Source: an uncultured delta proteobacterium
GTDB taxonomy: Bacteria > Myxococcota_A > Polyangia > Polyangiales > B10-G4
Assembly (NCBI GenBank): GCA_963727445.1
Contig: CAVSGI010000010.1
Span: forward strand, 288,001-352,000
Reading direction: 5' to 3'
DNA length: 64,000 nucleotides
In this document: positions 10,056 to 19,458 of the stretch, one piece after another
How positions within the stretch are numbered: the stretch's first letter is position 1
Layout: each line of letters begins with the position of its first letter
Made by a program: the position numbers and the translations under genes
Notes under the pieces: generated by a model
Databases searched by the model: none
Seen by the model: only the letters and a program-made list of their open reading frames with translations
Told to the model about the DNA's origin: nothing

Positions 10056-11807
10056 GTGGACATTGTAGGCCAACAAGAAGTCGACCGCGACCAGCTCATT
10101 CCGCGAGATAGAGATCACCTACGCGGGAGCGGGCTCACGGACGAGACCATCAGGAGAGCAGGTGTCTACTCCCTGCGGAGCCCGGCGGACGTTGCACAGG
10201 CGCTGGGTCGGTCATGGGTCCGAGGCGGTGGGATCGCTTTCCCCGTATTCCTTCCCGGGGAATCGAAGCCGGACCACATTCGCGTGCGTCCACACGAGCC
10301 GAAAATGCAGGGACGCGACGGGAAGGAACGGCCCCGTAGGTACGAAGGGCCACGGGGTCGGAGTCCCGTCTACTTCTCTCCGCGCGCGCGAGCGCAACAA
10401 TGGACCGACGAGATCCTTGTCGTTGAAGGTGAGAAGAAGGCCCTCCTCCTGGACCAGCTCGGGTACGCGGCGATCGGGTTGATCGGTTGCTGGCAGGCGC
10501 ACGACAAGCCTCACAAGGACAAGACCGGCAAGTGGCGGCTGCATCCCTGGATCCGCGCTTACGTGCCGGTGAGCGGTCACCAGATCGTGGTGGTGGCCGA
10601 CGCGGATGCGTCCGTGAACCCCGACATCGCCGCCGCGGTCCGCAAGCAGATCGTGATGTTCCGTACTGCGGGTGCGGAGGTTCGGGTCGTTCACGTGCCC
10701 GACAGCGGGAAGAAGAAGAACGGCATCGACGACTTCTTCGTTCGCGCGGGCGAGGAGGCGACGAGAGCCCTGTTGAAGCAGTCGCACGCCGAGGCAGGCG
10801 TGACGGCAGTCGATAGCTGGATCCAGCAGACAGTCATCGAGATCGGTGATACCGCACCCCGTGACGGCGAGCCCGTGGTCCTATACTTGGGGCGAAATAG
10901 GCAGACGCCTGTGTTCAGGTACTGGCCATTGCCAGGCGTGCTTTCCATGTTCGGGTTGGGGTCGGCACGCACGCTCCTGCTCGCGCGTATTGCACGCCTG
11001 GCCGATGATGATGGCGTCGCCCATGGCCGCAAGACTTGGTGGTACGACGACGCCACGGCGATGCTTGGAACGCGTGGCCTCGCGAGGGCCCTAGGACTAC
11101 GTTCACCTGGAGGGGTCCTCAAACATCTACGAGCCCTCGAACAGGCCGGGTACATCGATCGAGAGCATCAGTGCGGTGCGGCCCGGTTGCCCGACACGAT
11201 AACGATCCGGCCTTTCATCTGGCACTATTGGGGATGCGGGGGCAGGTGGTTTCGCGAGGACATCCGTCGAACTGATGTTGTCCCGGACCACGTGATCGAG
11301 CACATCATCGAGAACAAACTGGCCATCAAGGATGACTGGGCCTGCTACACGGTCGGTGGAAAGCGCTTCGAGAGACTCCATCACCTGACCAACGCGATCA
11401 GGGCCGACGAGGCATGGGCCCGCGCGACGGTGCACGAGGCGGTGGCAAGCGGTACCCTTGCGGACCAGCTTCCGATCCGCTGCCCTCCCGACCGGTACTG
11501 GAACGTCATGCACGTCCCGGAGGCGCTGGTCGCCCTGCGACTCGTCAGCCATCAGGCCGCTCTCGTGTACACGCGGATCGTCTGGCGAAACGGCAGCCTG
11601 GGACCCCGCCCGCTGGACCGCCACGATCTCGCCGAGTATGTCGGGCTCTCCTCGACCGATGGCTTGCGCCGCTACCTGCGTGAACTCTATCAGGTGGGTC
11701 TGCTCTCCAGGCTCCCCAACGGCCGCTTCGTCCCGCTGATGCACGAGTGGCTCCGTTCACCCGGTGCTCTGATTGACGGCAAGACAGTTCGTCGCTGGTC
11801 GGGTTGA
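10056..11807 (+). CDS. DUF3854/Toprim primase-like protein fused to two winged-HTH domains (putative Rep)
   Basis: GGAGG at 10041 then GTG 10056; motifs HLRGSGL, GIAFP, VVEGEKKA, VVADAD, KNGIDDF; wHTH-like TRGLARALGL..GGVLKHLRALEQAGYI and RHDLAEYVGL..DGLRRYLRELYQVGLL. Confidence 0.8.
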   Translation: MDIVGQQEVDRDQLIPRDRDHLRGSGLTDETIRRAGVYSLRSPADVAQALGRSWVRGGGIAFPVFLPGESKPDHIRVRPHEPKMQGRDGKERPRRYEGPRGRSPVYFSPRARAQQWTDEILVVEGEKKALLLDQLGYAAIGLIGCWQAHDKPHKDKTGKWRLHPWIRAYVPVSGHQIVVVADADASVNPDIAAAVRKQIVMFRTAGAEVRVVHVPDSGKKKNGIDDFFVRAGEEATRALLKQSHAEAGVTAVDSWIQQTVIEIGDTAPRDGEPVVLYLGRNRQTPVFRYWPLPGVLSMFGLGSARTLLLARIARLADDDGVAHGRKTWWYDDATAMLGTRGLARALGLRSPGGVLKHLRALEQAGYIDREHQCGAARLPDTITIRPFIWHYWGCGGRWFREDIRRTDVVPDHVIEHIIENKLAIKDDWACYTVGGKRFERLHHLTNAIRADEAWARATVHEAVASGTLADQLPIRCPPDRYWNVMHVPEALVALRLVSHQAALVYTRIVWRNGSLGPRPLDRHDLAEYVGLSSTDGLRRYLRELYQVGLLSRLPNGRFVPLMHEWLRSPGALIDGKTVRRWSG

Positions 11808-11867
11808 TGATGCCCACGTAGGCCGCGGCAGTAGCCCGGATGGCACCCACCGCTACGTGGTCGTCGT

Positions 11868-13256
11868 TCAGGGGACCATGGTACGAGCCGAAATCACGAC
11901 GTCGCCATCGCTGCGAACCGCGAGATCTGTGGCCCACTCGTCCGGTCCTGGCAAGTCACCGGGAGACCGAAACCACGTGAGGCCATTCAAGTCCACTTGA
12001 TACAGTACCGCTTGGTTGACGTCATCGTCATCGACGTGCTCGTAGCTTCTTCCGACCACGAGGATGGAGCCGGGCTCCGGTCGAAGTTGGATGCCATAGG
12101 CCGACTCGTGCCAACGTGCGGTGGTACCGAGAAGAGCGTAGCCCGTCATGAATCCGAACGAGGTGTCGAGCGCACCCGTTGGGCCGAGGGCCGCTACTAC
12201 AATCCGGCCGGCGTGGAGGCCCCGCTCCGTATCGAAGGCCGTCGCTGTTGCTGCGAGCAGCAACCTGCCCTCGCCGTCGAAGACACCGCCGTTCGCCCAG
12301 GAATGCCCGGTCTCGCCAGTCATGGCCGAACCGGGAAGAACGGCAAAGCCGGTTCCTGAGCCTCCGAACGCAAGATCCGGGGTGCAATCTTCTGCGCGAA
12401 TCTTGCCGACCCAGATCGAGCGAACGCTGGAAAGAAGATGAAGTTGACCGATGAGGTAGATGTCGTCAGTTGCCGGATCGATCGCGAGTCCGCGTACGAC
12501 CACGTTGCTGGTCAGGTTGGCAGCCCCACCTCCATCGCTCGGGAAGAGCTGCAACCACTCGAAGACGCCGTTCTGTCCGCACGACGGGTCTGGATTGCCA
12601 TTTTCATCGAGTCGGGCCACGACGGGTCTCCCATACGCCGTCAACAGGTCGAACCAGCCATGCCCGGCGACCACGATTCGCCCCAGTGAATCCAGGCCGA
12701 TGTCTGTGGCGCGCTCATCGCGAAGCGTCGGAGAGTCGATCAACTCGTACCCATCCACCGCCGCAGCGTCACCGAAGGACAGATCCCTCACTCCCGTGGC
12801 CGTGTAGCGAGCCACCGCCATGCGGCCCGGAGTAGAAACATAGCCGGCCGCAACGAGGTAGTCGGTGGCAGCCAGGTTCTGGTAGGCGACAGCGGCATAC
12901 TCTTCGTCGGCAGAGCTAAGAAAGTCCTCCACCACGCGACCAGAACCGGAGCCGAACGCGGGATCCTCAACGCCAGTAGACAGATAGCGCGCCAAGGCAA
13001 ACACTCGGCCCGACGCCCCGGTCCCAAAGCCCACCGTGGCGAGCCCGTCGGCGGGGTCCACCACGATGTCGTTGGCTTGCTCGCGAGGGCCACTGAAATC
13101 GGTGGAGCGCGTCCAGAGCCGATCGAAAACGAGGCCGGTGGAGAGCGCCGGCCGCGTGCACGCTCGGAAATCCGGTGATACGTTCGCAGCATGACTCGTT
13201 CGTTGTTCGCAGAGACAACGATGGTGTTCCTCCTGGTGGGCTGCGGCGTCTCTCAT
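11868..13256 (-). CDS. Delta-60 repeat (beta-propeller) protein, probably 5'-truncated or degraded
   Basis: Repeated 'LARYLSTGVEDPAFG', 'VARYTATGVRDLSFG', 'GPTGALDTSFG' units; no clear signal peptide; likely indel near 11890. Confidence 0.7.
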   Translation of the reverse strand: MRDAAAHQEEHHRCLCEQRTSHAANVSPDFRACTRPALSTGLVFDRLWTRSTDFSGPREQANDIVVDPADGLATVGFGTGASGRVFALARYLSTGVEDPAFGSGSGRVVEDFLSSADEEYAAVAYQNLAATDYLVAAGYVSTPGRMAVARYTATGVRDLSFGDAAAVDGYELIDSPTLRDERATDIGLDSLGRIVVAGHGWFDLLTAYGRPVVARLDENGNPDPSCGQNGVFEWLQLFPSDGGGAANLTSNVVVRGLAIDPATDDIYLIGQLHLLSSVRSIWVGKIRAEDCTPDLAFGGSGTGFAVLPGSAMTGETGHSWANGGVFDGEGRLLLAATATAFDTERGLHAGRIVVAALGPTGALDTSFGFMTGYALLGTTARWHESAYGIQLRPEPGSILVVGRSYEHVDDDDVNQAVLYQVDLNGLTWFRSPGDLPGPDEWATDLAVRSDGDVVISARTMVP

Positions 13257-13640
13257 CCCGCGGACGACTCCGGCTTCGACGCAGACGCGAATCCCCCGGA
13301 TGCCGGACTAGATGCCGACGGATCTGCGGATGTTTCCGCGTCCGACACTGATGCCGCCCGTGACGCCGATGCCTTCGATACCACCCCTCCGCTGATCACC
13401 ACGTGCGAGGGCCTGTATGCCTACGAGGCCCGCTGCATGGAGGAGTTCAGCTCCTGCACCGAGATCGAGCCCAGGGTGATCTCTCACGGCTGTGATGATG
13501 AGCTGACAGCGCTCTTTGCTTGCTTCGTGGAGGAGAGGTGCATTCCGTTCGCCTGCGAAAGCGTTCGCTTTCCTTTGCTGGACTGCCTAGACGCCTACTG
13601 TCGGAGGATGCCCACACCACCTGAGTGTCCCGATACGTAG
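13191..13640 (+). CDS. Small Cys-rich lipoprotein (cargo)
   Basis: LLVGC lipobox, D/A-rich linker, Cys-rich C-terminal domain. Confidence 0.65.
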   Translation: MTRSLFAETTMVFLLVGCGVSHPADDSGFDADANPPDAGLDADGSADVSASDTDAARDADAFDTTPPLITTCEGLYAYEARCMEEFSSCTEIEPRVISHGCDDELTALFACFVEERCIPFACESVRFPLLDCLDAYCRRMPTPPECPDT

Positions 13641-13699
13641 GCGTCGTCGCGGGGGATACGCGTGAAGAAGGTGATGACCGTGGTAGTTGGTCAACGGAG

Positions 13700-13800
13700 G
13701 GACCGAAAGTGAACGCGGGCTGGACCAAGAGTGAACGCGAGCCTCTCAGGCGGACCAAGAGTGAACACGGGGTCGAAAGTCTGGACCGAAAGTGATCACC
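13700..13800 (+). repeat. Four 18-bp iteron-like direct repeats GGACC(GAA/AAG)AGTGA(A/T)C...
   Basis: Copies start at 13700, 13722, 13752 and 13783, followed by an AT-richer tract with TGATCT-C-AGATCA. Confidence 0.75.
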
Positions 13801-14624
13801 CTTTAATCCCTGATCTCAGATCAATCCCAGAAGACGGAGAAATCCCAATACGCCGCTCGCTCTGCTCGAAGGGGATATCGGCGGCCGTCGACCCAACCGC
13901 GCGTCCCAGCGACGTTTCGGACGATTGGTTGCGACCGGTGGAAATCGATCAGCTCCTCGAAAGCGAGGCCATCCCGATCCACCTGCGCACCGTATACGCT
14001 GCCGCCATCGGACTCGCGCTCCGACTGAACGACCTCAAGAACGCCGAAGTCGCCCACGTCGACCTAGACTGCAAGGTACCGGGCCCCGGCATCCGCGTCT
14101 GGATCAGCAAGTCGAGGATCTACCACCGGGTTCCGATCATGCCTTGGTTGGTGCCCATTCTCAGGGAGCACATCGCACGGCTCCCGCCGGGCTCGCGCTG
14201 GCTCTTCGCAAACCGGAAAGGAGAGCGCTACTGCAAGGGCTACGATTTCAAGTGGGCCGAGAAGAAGGCGAAGCGGGGGGCCTACGACTCAGCGCTCACG
14301 ATCGCCGGGGTGGACCGCCGGATTCGGTTCCACGACCTCCGAGGCACCTGCGCAACGCACCTAGCCCTCGGTACCTGGGGGCGGGCGTGGAGCCACTTCG
14401 AGATCCAGAAGATGCTCGCGCATTCGGACGCGAAGGTCACCGAGCGCTACCTCAAGCGCGTCGTGGACCCGCTCGCCGACGCTGCCCGGAACACGCCCGG
14501 TGGGCCTCGGTTCGGCGTCCACGGCCGTCCACGCCGCGAAGGCGTGGAGGACGTGCAGCCCAACGAGATCAAAGCGGAGCGGGCGATCGGGTTCGAACCG
14601 ACGACATTCAGCTTGGGAAGCTGA
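13731..14624 (+). CDS. Tyrosine recombinase/integrase A (catalytic domain only; ends inside att/tRNA)
   Basis: Catalytic motifs LALR, FHDLR, MLAHS, TERY. Integrase-like sequence starts near 13926 (WLRPVEID). The stop TGA lies in the antisense tRNA anticodon stem. Start uncertain. Confidence 0.85.
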   Translation: MNASLSGGPRVNTGSKVWTESDHPLIPDLRSIPEDGEIPIRRSLCSKGISAAVDPTARPSDVSDDWLRPVEIDQLLESEAIPIHLRTVYAAAIGLALRLNDLKNAEVAHVDLDCKVPGPGIRVWISKSRIYHRVPIMPWLVPILREHIARLPPGSRWLFANRKGERYCKGYDFKWAEKKAKRGAYDSALTIAGVDRRIRFHDLRGTCATHLALGTWGRAWSHFEIQKMLAHSDAKVTERYLKRVVDPLADAARNTPGGPRFGVHGRPRREGVEDVQPNEIKAERAIGFEPTTFSLGS

Positions 14625-14650
14625 CACTCTACCAACTGAGTTACGCCCGC
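14578..14650 (-). tRNA. tRNA-Gly(CCC), intact, at the junction of elements A and B
   Basis: GCGGGCG/CGCCCGC acceptor; D arm ACTC/GAGT; anticodon arm TCAGC-TTCCCAA-GCTGA; T arm GTCGG-TTCGAAC-CCGAT; U73; CCA not fully encoded. Confidence 0.95.
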
Positions 14651-14662
14651 AAGTGACCGATG

Positions 14663-14691
14663 TTCTTAGCCATTGCCTCCTTCGGCGTCAA
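14663..14691 (-). promoter_or_regulatory. Element-encoded sigma70-like promoter for the reconstituted tRNA-Gly
   Basis: TTGACG-N17-TAAGAA, 12 nt upstream of the tRNA G1; embedded in the last codons of integrase B. Confidence 0.65.
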
Positions 14692-15879
14692 GCTCCCCCG
14701 AATCGTCCCCAGACCGATCCCCAGAGTCGGCCGGCGCGGAGCCGTTCTTGGCCCCTTGGACGAGCCGAAGAACCCTCCTGACGGCCGCCCGCTTCTCGTC
14801 GCCCTCGACGAAGGAGTAGTGGGCGGTCATCGCGTCGGTGACGTGGCCCATGAGGGCCTGAGTGACGATCGGGCTCGTCACCTGTCGCGTGAGGTTGTTG
14901 TTCGTTCGCCGGAGACCACTGCCGAGCGTCACGCGCCGATCGATCTTCGCAGCGGCCAGTACCTTCTTCCAAGGGTTACGAATCCCGCTCCCGTTCCGGA
15001 TGATCTTCCCCACCGTGGAAGGGAAGACCAGGCCGGAGGCGATGCGTGCGGCGTCGCCTTCTGACAGGAGACGTTCGCGGTGATCCTTCAGGATGTTGGC
15101 CAGGTAGGGCTCTATGGGTACGCCTCGAACCCTGATGCCCGTCTGACGCGTGGTCTTCAGCTTTGGCTCGCTATCTCCCTGGTACTGCGCCCGCCGGAAG
15201 GTAATCTCCGGTATTTGGAAGTCGACATCCTTCCATAGCAAGGCGCTCACGGCTCCGTAGCGCGCCCCTGTCAGCGCGATAGTCGCGAAGAAGGGATGCC
15301 ACTGAGGAGTGACCTCCTGTGCAGCGACCAGAACACGCGCCAACTCCTCAGCCGTGAGTCGATTCGAGTCCTCTTCTTCACTGGACGTCTCTTCGCGTAG
15401 ATAGCGAACCCGAGCGGCGGGGTTCACGGACAATCCGAACTCCACGGTCATGTCGGACATCATCGTCTTCACCACGCGAAGGTAGCCGTTCGCCGTGACC
15501 GGCTGATTGGGTCGGGTATCGCGCCACTTGCAGACATCGCGGTGCTTCACGGCATCCACGTAGAAGTCGCCCAGCCATCCGAGGTGGTCGAGCGCGTTGC
15601 CGTAAGTGTCCAGCGTCGATTTAGCGATCTCGCCGGCCTTTGATCTCAGCCACGATTCGGCGAAATCTGCGACTCTTTGCCGTGGCTTTGGTTCCGTCTC
15701 GTTGAGTAGCTCTTCCCTCAGCCTTGCTCGGATCGCCGCCGCGTCCGCGGCGCTTCGCGCCTGAACGATCCGAATCCCACCTCCTTTTGCTTTCCGGTTC
15801 TCGGGTCCATTGTCGTTGCCCGGACGCGGTAATCGCCTTTCCGGACTCTTCTTACACCTGGGTACTTCGTTGGTTTCAT
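14666..15879 (-). CDS. Tyrosine integrase B (apparent frameshift near 15770-15790)
   Basis: GGAGGT + ATG 15879 gives MKPTKYPGVRR...DPRTGKQKEV (arm-binding-like); the body continues in another frame with TGARYGAV, SGLRRT, LMGHVT, TAHY. Confidence 0.85.
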
Positions 15880-16156
15880 CCCAACCTCCAACCCCAGGCG
15901 CTTCGTGCCGGGGGCAATGGTCCCCCCGCCGAAGGAAGGAGTCGAGCGTCGATTTCAGGTACAGCCGCCGTCGCCGAGAGCCGGCGTCGGGGGTGAGGTG
16001 GCCGCGCGCCACCGCGGTGCGCAGGCCGGAGGCGGTCATTCGGCAGTAGGCAGCGGCCTCCTCGGTGACGAAGTAGGGCGACACTCTCCCACTTGGTCTT
16101 TCTCGATCGTCCTGCGCATGGCGATCCTCGATCGCACGGTCGTCTTCGTCGCGCAT
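15880..16156 (-). CDS. Excisionase-like HTH protein upstream of integrase B (3' end unclear)
   Basis: YFVTEEAAAYCRMTASGLRTAVARGHL...RRLYLKSTLDSFL, an HTH_17/Xis pattern; currently reads in frame into the integrase body. Confidence 0.7.
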
Positions 16157-16271
16157 CGCATCCAGATTTCTCCGGAGGCAGGAGCCACGAGTTCCGGTTG
16201 TCGTCGCTCACGAGGGAGCGCCATGGTGTCCATCTCATGGTGTTCAGCGGGCGGGTTGTTGTCTGTGTGGG

Positions 16272-17322
16272 CTACTCGAATGCCCACGTGCTCTCGTTCA
16301 GCTCTCGACCGTTGAGTAGCTGCACGCTCCAGCGGACGCGAGACCCTGAGCCCCGCCCGTTCTTGATCGCGACCTGCACCGACTCGCGGATGCACTTCGC
16401 GCCATCCGCTGGGTGCAGCAGCCCGCGAAGAACGGCATCGACGATCTTCCACCGCTGCATCCACGCCCAATGCGACTCGGACTGCATCTCAAGAAGCGCT
16501 GCGAGCAGCGGGGGCTTCAGAGCACCGACAATGACGTCGGGATCCCCACCAGTGTCCGAGGTGACCTCGACAGCAGCGCGCCAGATCACCCTGGCCAGCT
16601 CGATGCATCCGCGCAGCCACGCCGTGATGAGTGAAGCCGAGGTACTTCCGCGAGAAGCGGCAGAAGCTGCCGCCGATGTATCGGCGGTGCAGCTTGCGGT
16701 GCTCCACGGTCTCCAGAATCTCGCCCCAGAGGAGCAGATTGTAGACATCGGCCTTGAGCGCGGTCTCCAGGACGCCGCGGGGAAGGACGTGGGTCCGGCC
16801 CGAACTCGACAGCAGGTGCTCGGGATCGAAGATAGAAGGCGCCCTCGGCGTCAACGAGTGCGTCAACGCCGAGGGCTTCAAGCTGTCCGCGGTGCCCGGC
16901 CGGATAATCGATTTGGGTGTCCCGGTCCCATGACTCCTATGGGGCCTATGAGAGCGGGGACCTGCCGCTTGGGCAGAATGGCGGGGGTCAGTCGGCCCCC
17001 GCCCTCGGCCGTGCCTAGTGCGGAAAAGAGAAGTGATGTCTCGGAGTTCAGGGAACTCCAGGTCGACCTGTTCGAGCGCCGACCAAAGTTTGAGATTGCC
17101 CGCCGCGGGTTCGTACGCGCGGAGCCAGGACTCTAGGACCTGCATGCGGTTGGTGGTGTCGGGGGCACTCGCCCCAAGCCTCCCGAGCAGGTTCCACACC
17201 TTCGCGGCCCGGGAGTCGGCAGCGCCCCTCGAAGTACTCGAAGCCCAAGAAGGTGAACGGGTCCCGGATGCCCCCAACGCTCCGCTTGTACTCGGAGTGA
17301 CCTCGGCGGTTGCGCAGTACAC
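16272..17322 (-). pseudogene. Fragmented hypothetical coding region of element B
   Basis: Overlapping minus-strand ORFs 16489-17322 and 16272-16748 have protein-like stretches but no recognisable family. Confidence 0.3.
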
Positions 17323-18994
17323 CCCCGCGTGCTGGGCGGACCCTCAGCCCGAGGGATGTCCTTCGAAGCGGCAACGTCGATGTGTATCTCAACGTCGATA
17401 CGATCGGCCTATATGAAAGATCCTGACACGCTACGAACAAGCGCTGCTCGAAGTGCTCGCGGTTTGGAACGGGCGTTCCCACGCAGACATCAACCTAGAG
17501 TATCGCGGGAGAACCAGTGACACGAAGAAGGGTCCCAACACGCTCGTCGTCGACTTCATCGAAAGCTTCTTCTGCGACACGCGAGCATGCCCTCAGATAA
17601 TGGTCGGCGCTCAAGGCGTCTCCAACTGCTCCGGTGAAGGAGCCTTTGTCCAAGTAGTCCTCCGCGATTGCGTGGCGCCGCCGGGCTGAAGTGCGCCACC
17701 CGGTGCGTGCAGCGAGAACAACCCGTACGGGCCGTGGATGCCTGATACCGCACTCCGCACTTGGTCGACGGACCGCTCCACCGGCATATCTTTCCAGGGG
17801 ATCCGACCCACGAACTGGGTCATGCACTGGCCGGCGTCGGGCACACCACCTGCCCGGGCACGATGGAGGCGACCGCATGGGGTGCCGGGCAGCCCGACTG
17901 CATCCTGTACTCCGAGGATCAGTTGGCCATTCGTGGTGCCATCGGCTTCACATGGGACACCCCGAAGATATCCGAATCATCCGACGGACTAAACTGGGTC
18001 TCAAAGGTCAACGCCAGTGCCAATCCCTGGGCCGGCTCGCATCCCAGTTCGACCACTCTCTATGGCGCTTTTCCACCAGCGGTTGCCGGTCTGCCTTCGT
18101 GGTCTAATGAGCGAGTTCAAACCACCACGCTACTTGTCGACTACGCCGAGCGGTTCCGAAGCGTGGGAGACGTAGGGGGATAGTTTCCGCTGCCCTCGAC
18201 GACCGGCGACTTCAACGGCTCGACGCTGGCGGTTAGCTGGTTTGGCGCAGTACGCGGACGCGACCGCATCCTATTGCGATCCGGGACCGTTCCCAAGCGG
18301 CATGAGTGGCTGCCACCTGTTTCTTGCGTACGCCGTCGGCAGCGCGACGCCCACGGTTGGCTCGTACACACCAACTACCGGTGTAGGGACTGGAGAGGCG
18401 CCCAGAGTCCAGTACAATCCGGCGTTCGATGAGTTTGTCGCATTCTTCATAGACGCCGATACAGGCCAACTGAGATGGATGCGGGCACCCGCGATCAGTG
18501 GAGCGTGGGGACCTGACGCCCCGGTGACCGGCGCTGTCGGCGGAATGATGTTGCGGCACCTCGGCGGGGTTGTGTTTGATCCAACGACCGGAGACGGTCT
18601 GTTGACTGCCACACGAGACGACGGGACACCCCGCAATGCTATCTGGCAGATCGGACTCAATCGGACACCGTCGGGAGCCTACAACGCGTTTGCCGTGGGA
18701 CCCGCCGGAACGATCGTTGGGGAGCATCAGACGTTCAGCGAGTTCGGGATGGCGCGCGCCTCGGATGGCCGCGTGCTCCTAGCCTTCAGCGCGACGATCC
18801 CGATGGCTCCGCCATTTGCGTGGCGTCGCCGCTTGATGGTCTCCGAGAAGACCTCCATCAACCCAGGAGTACCGTTCCCGACCCCGTCGGAGCCGGGTAG
18901 TCCGCCCGTAATCAGTGAGGTGGGAGTCGATCTCACCTACGATGCGTTTGAAGACCGCTGGATCCTTGGTGTGGTGAAGGCAGAATGGGAGTAG
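17270..18994 (+). pseudogene. Disrupted secreted metzincin (matrixin-like) protease with C-terminal beta-rich domain
   Basis: THELGHALAGVGH followed by TM (Met-turn-like) near 17806-17870; in-frame TGA at 17687; frameshift near 17804; break near 18183. Start approximate. Confidence 0.6.
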
Positions 18995-18996
18995 CC

Positions 18997-19458
18997 ATGA
19001 CTAGACTCATTCCTCTGATCGGCGTTGCGGCCGTGCTTGGTGGCTGTTCACTCTCCCACGAAGATGAGACCACGCCCTCGTCTTCGGAGTCTGTTGCGAC
19101 TCCCACGCCAGCTCCTTCCCCTCCTCCTCCATCCTTCCATGCCCCAGACGGGTGGAACTGTGCCATCTCGACCCACGCGGCCTGGCGGAACCAAACTAGC
19201 TGGGCACGTACGATCGTTGTTGAGTCCTCCGAGCAGGTTTCGGCCGAAGGAGAGTACCTGCGCGAGTACGCCATAGTGCCGTCGGTTGAATCGCCCACGC
19301 GAGTCGGTCGCGTATGGGCGCTTCCTGAGCTGGGCCAACCCGACGGCGCGTTTGTGGCACTCCTCGATTCTGGCGATCAAGTCTTCATGTGGGCACCTCT
19401 CAATGATCGGGTTGTCCATTTCGCTGACGAGAGAGCGACCCTCGATGACCTCTTGTAA
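18997..19458 (+). CDS. Lipoprotein, hypothetical
   Basis: MTRLIPLIGVAAVLGGC lipobox; S/P-rich linker. Confidence 0.65.
   Translation: MTRLIPLIGVAAVLGGCSLSHEDETTPSSSESVATPTPAPSPPPPSFHAPDGWNCAISTHAAWRNQTSWARTIVVESSEQVSAEGEYLREYAIVPSVESPTRVGRVWALPELGQPDGAFVALLDSGDQVFMWAPLNDRVVHFADERATLDDLL

Larger units (their letters stand above)
9558..14621. mobile_element. Integrative element A (~5 kb, satellite/integrated-plasmid-like, probably decayed) duplicating the tRNA-Gly 3' half
   Basis: Flanked by 47-bp tRNA-derived direct repeats; carries a tyrosine integrase, a Toprim/DUF3854-like protein and an iteron-like array; visibly more A/T at third codon positions than the flanks. Confidence 0.88.

Noticed and set aside
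13700..13800. CRISPR array
   Set aside because: Spacers are only 4-13 bp and the repeats degenerate; fits iterons better.
17687..17689. Selenocysteine or readthrough TGA in the protease gene
   Set aside because: Not at a catalytic position, no evident SECIS, and the gene has other disruptions.
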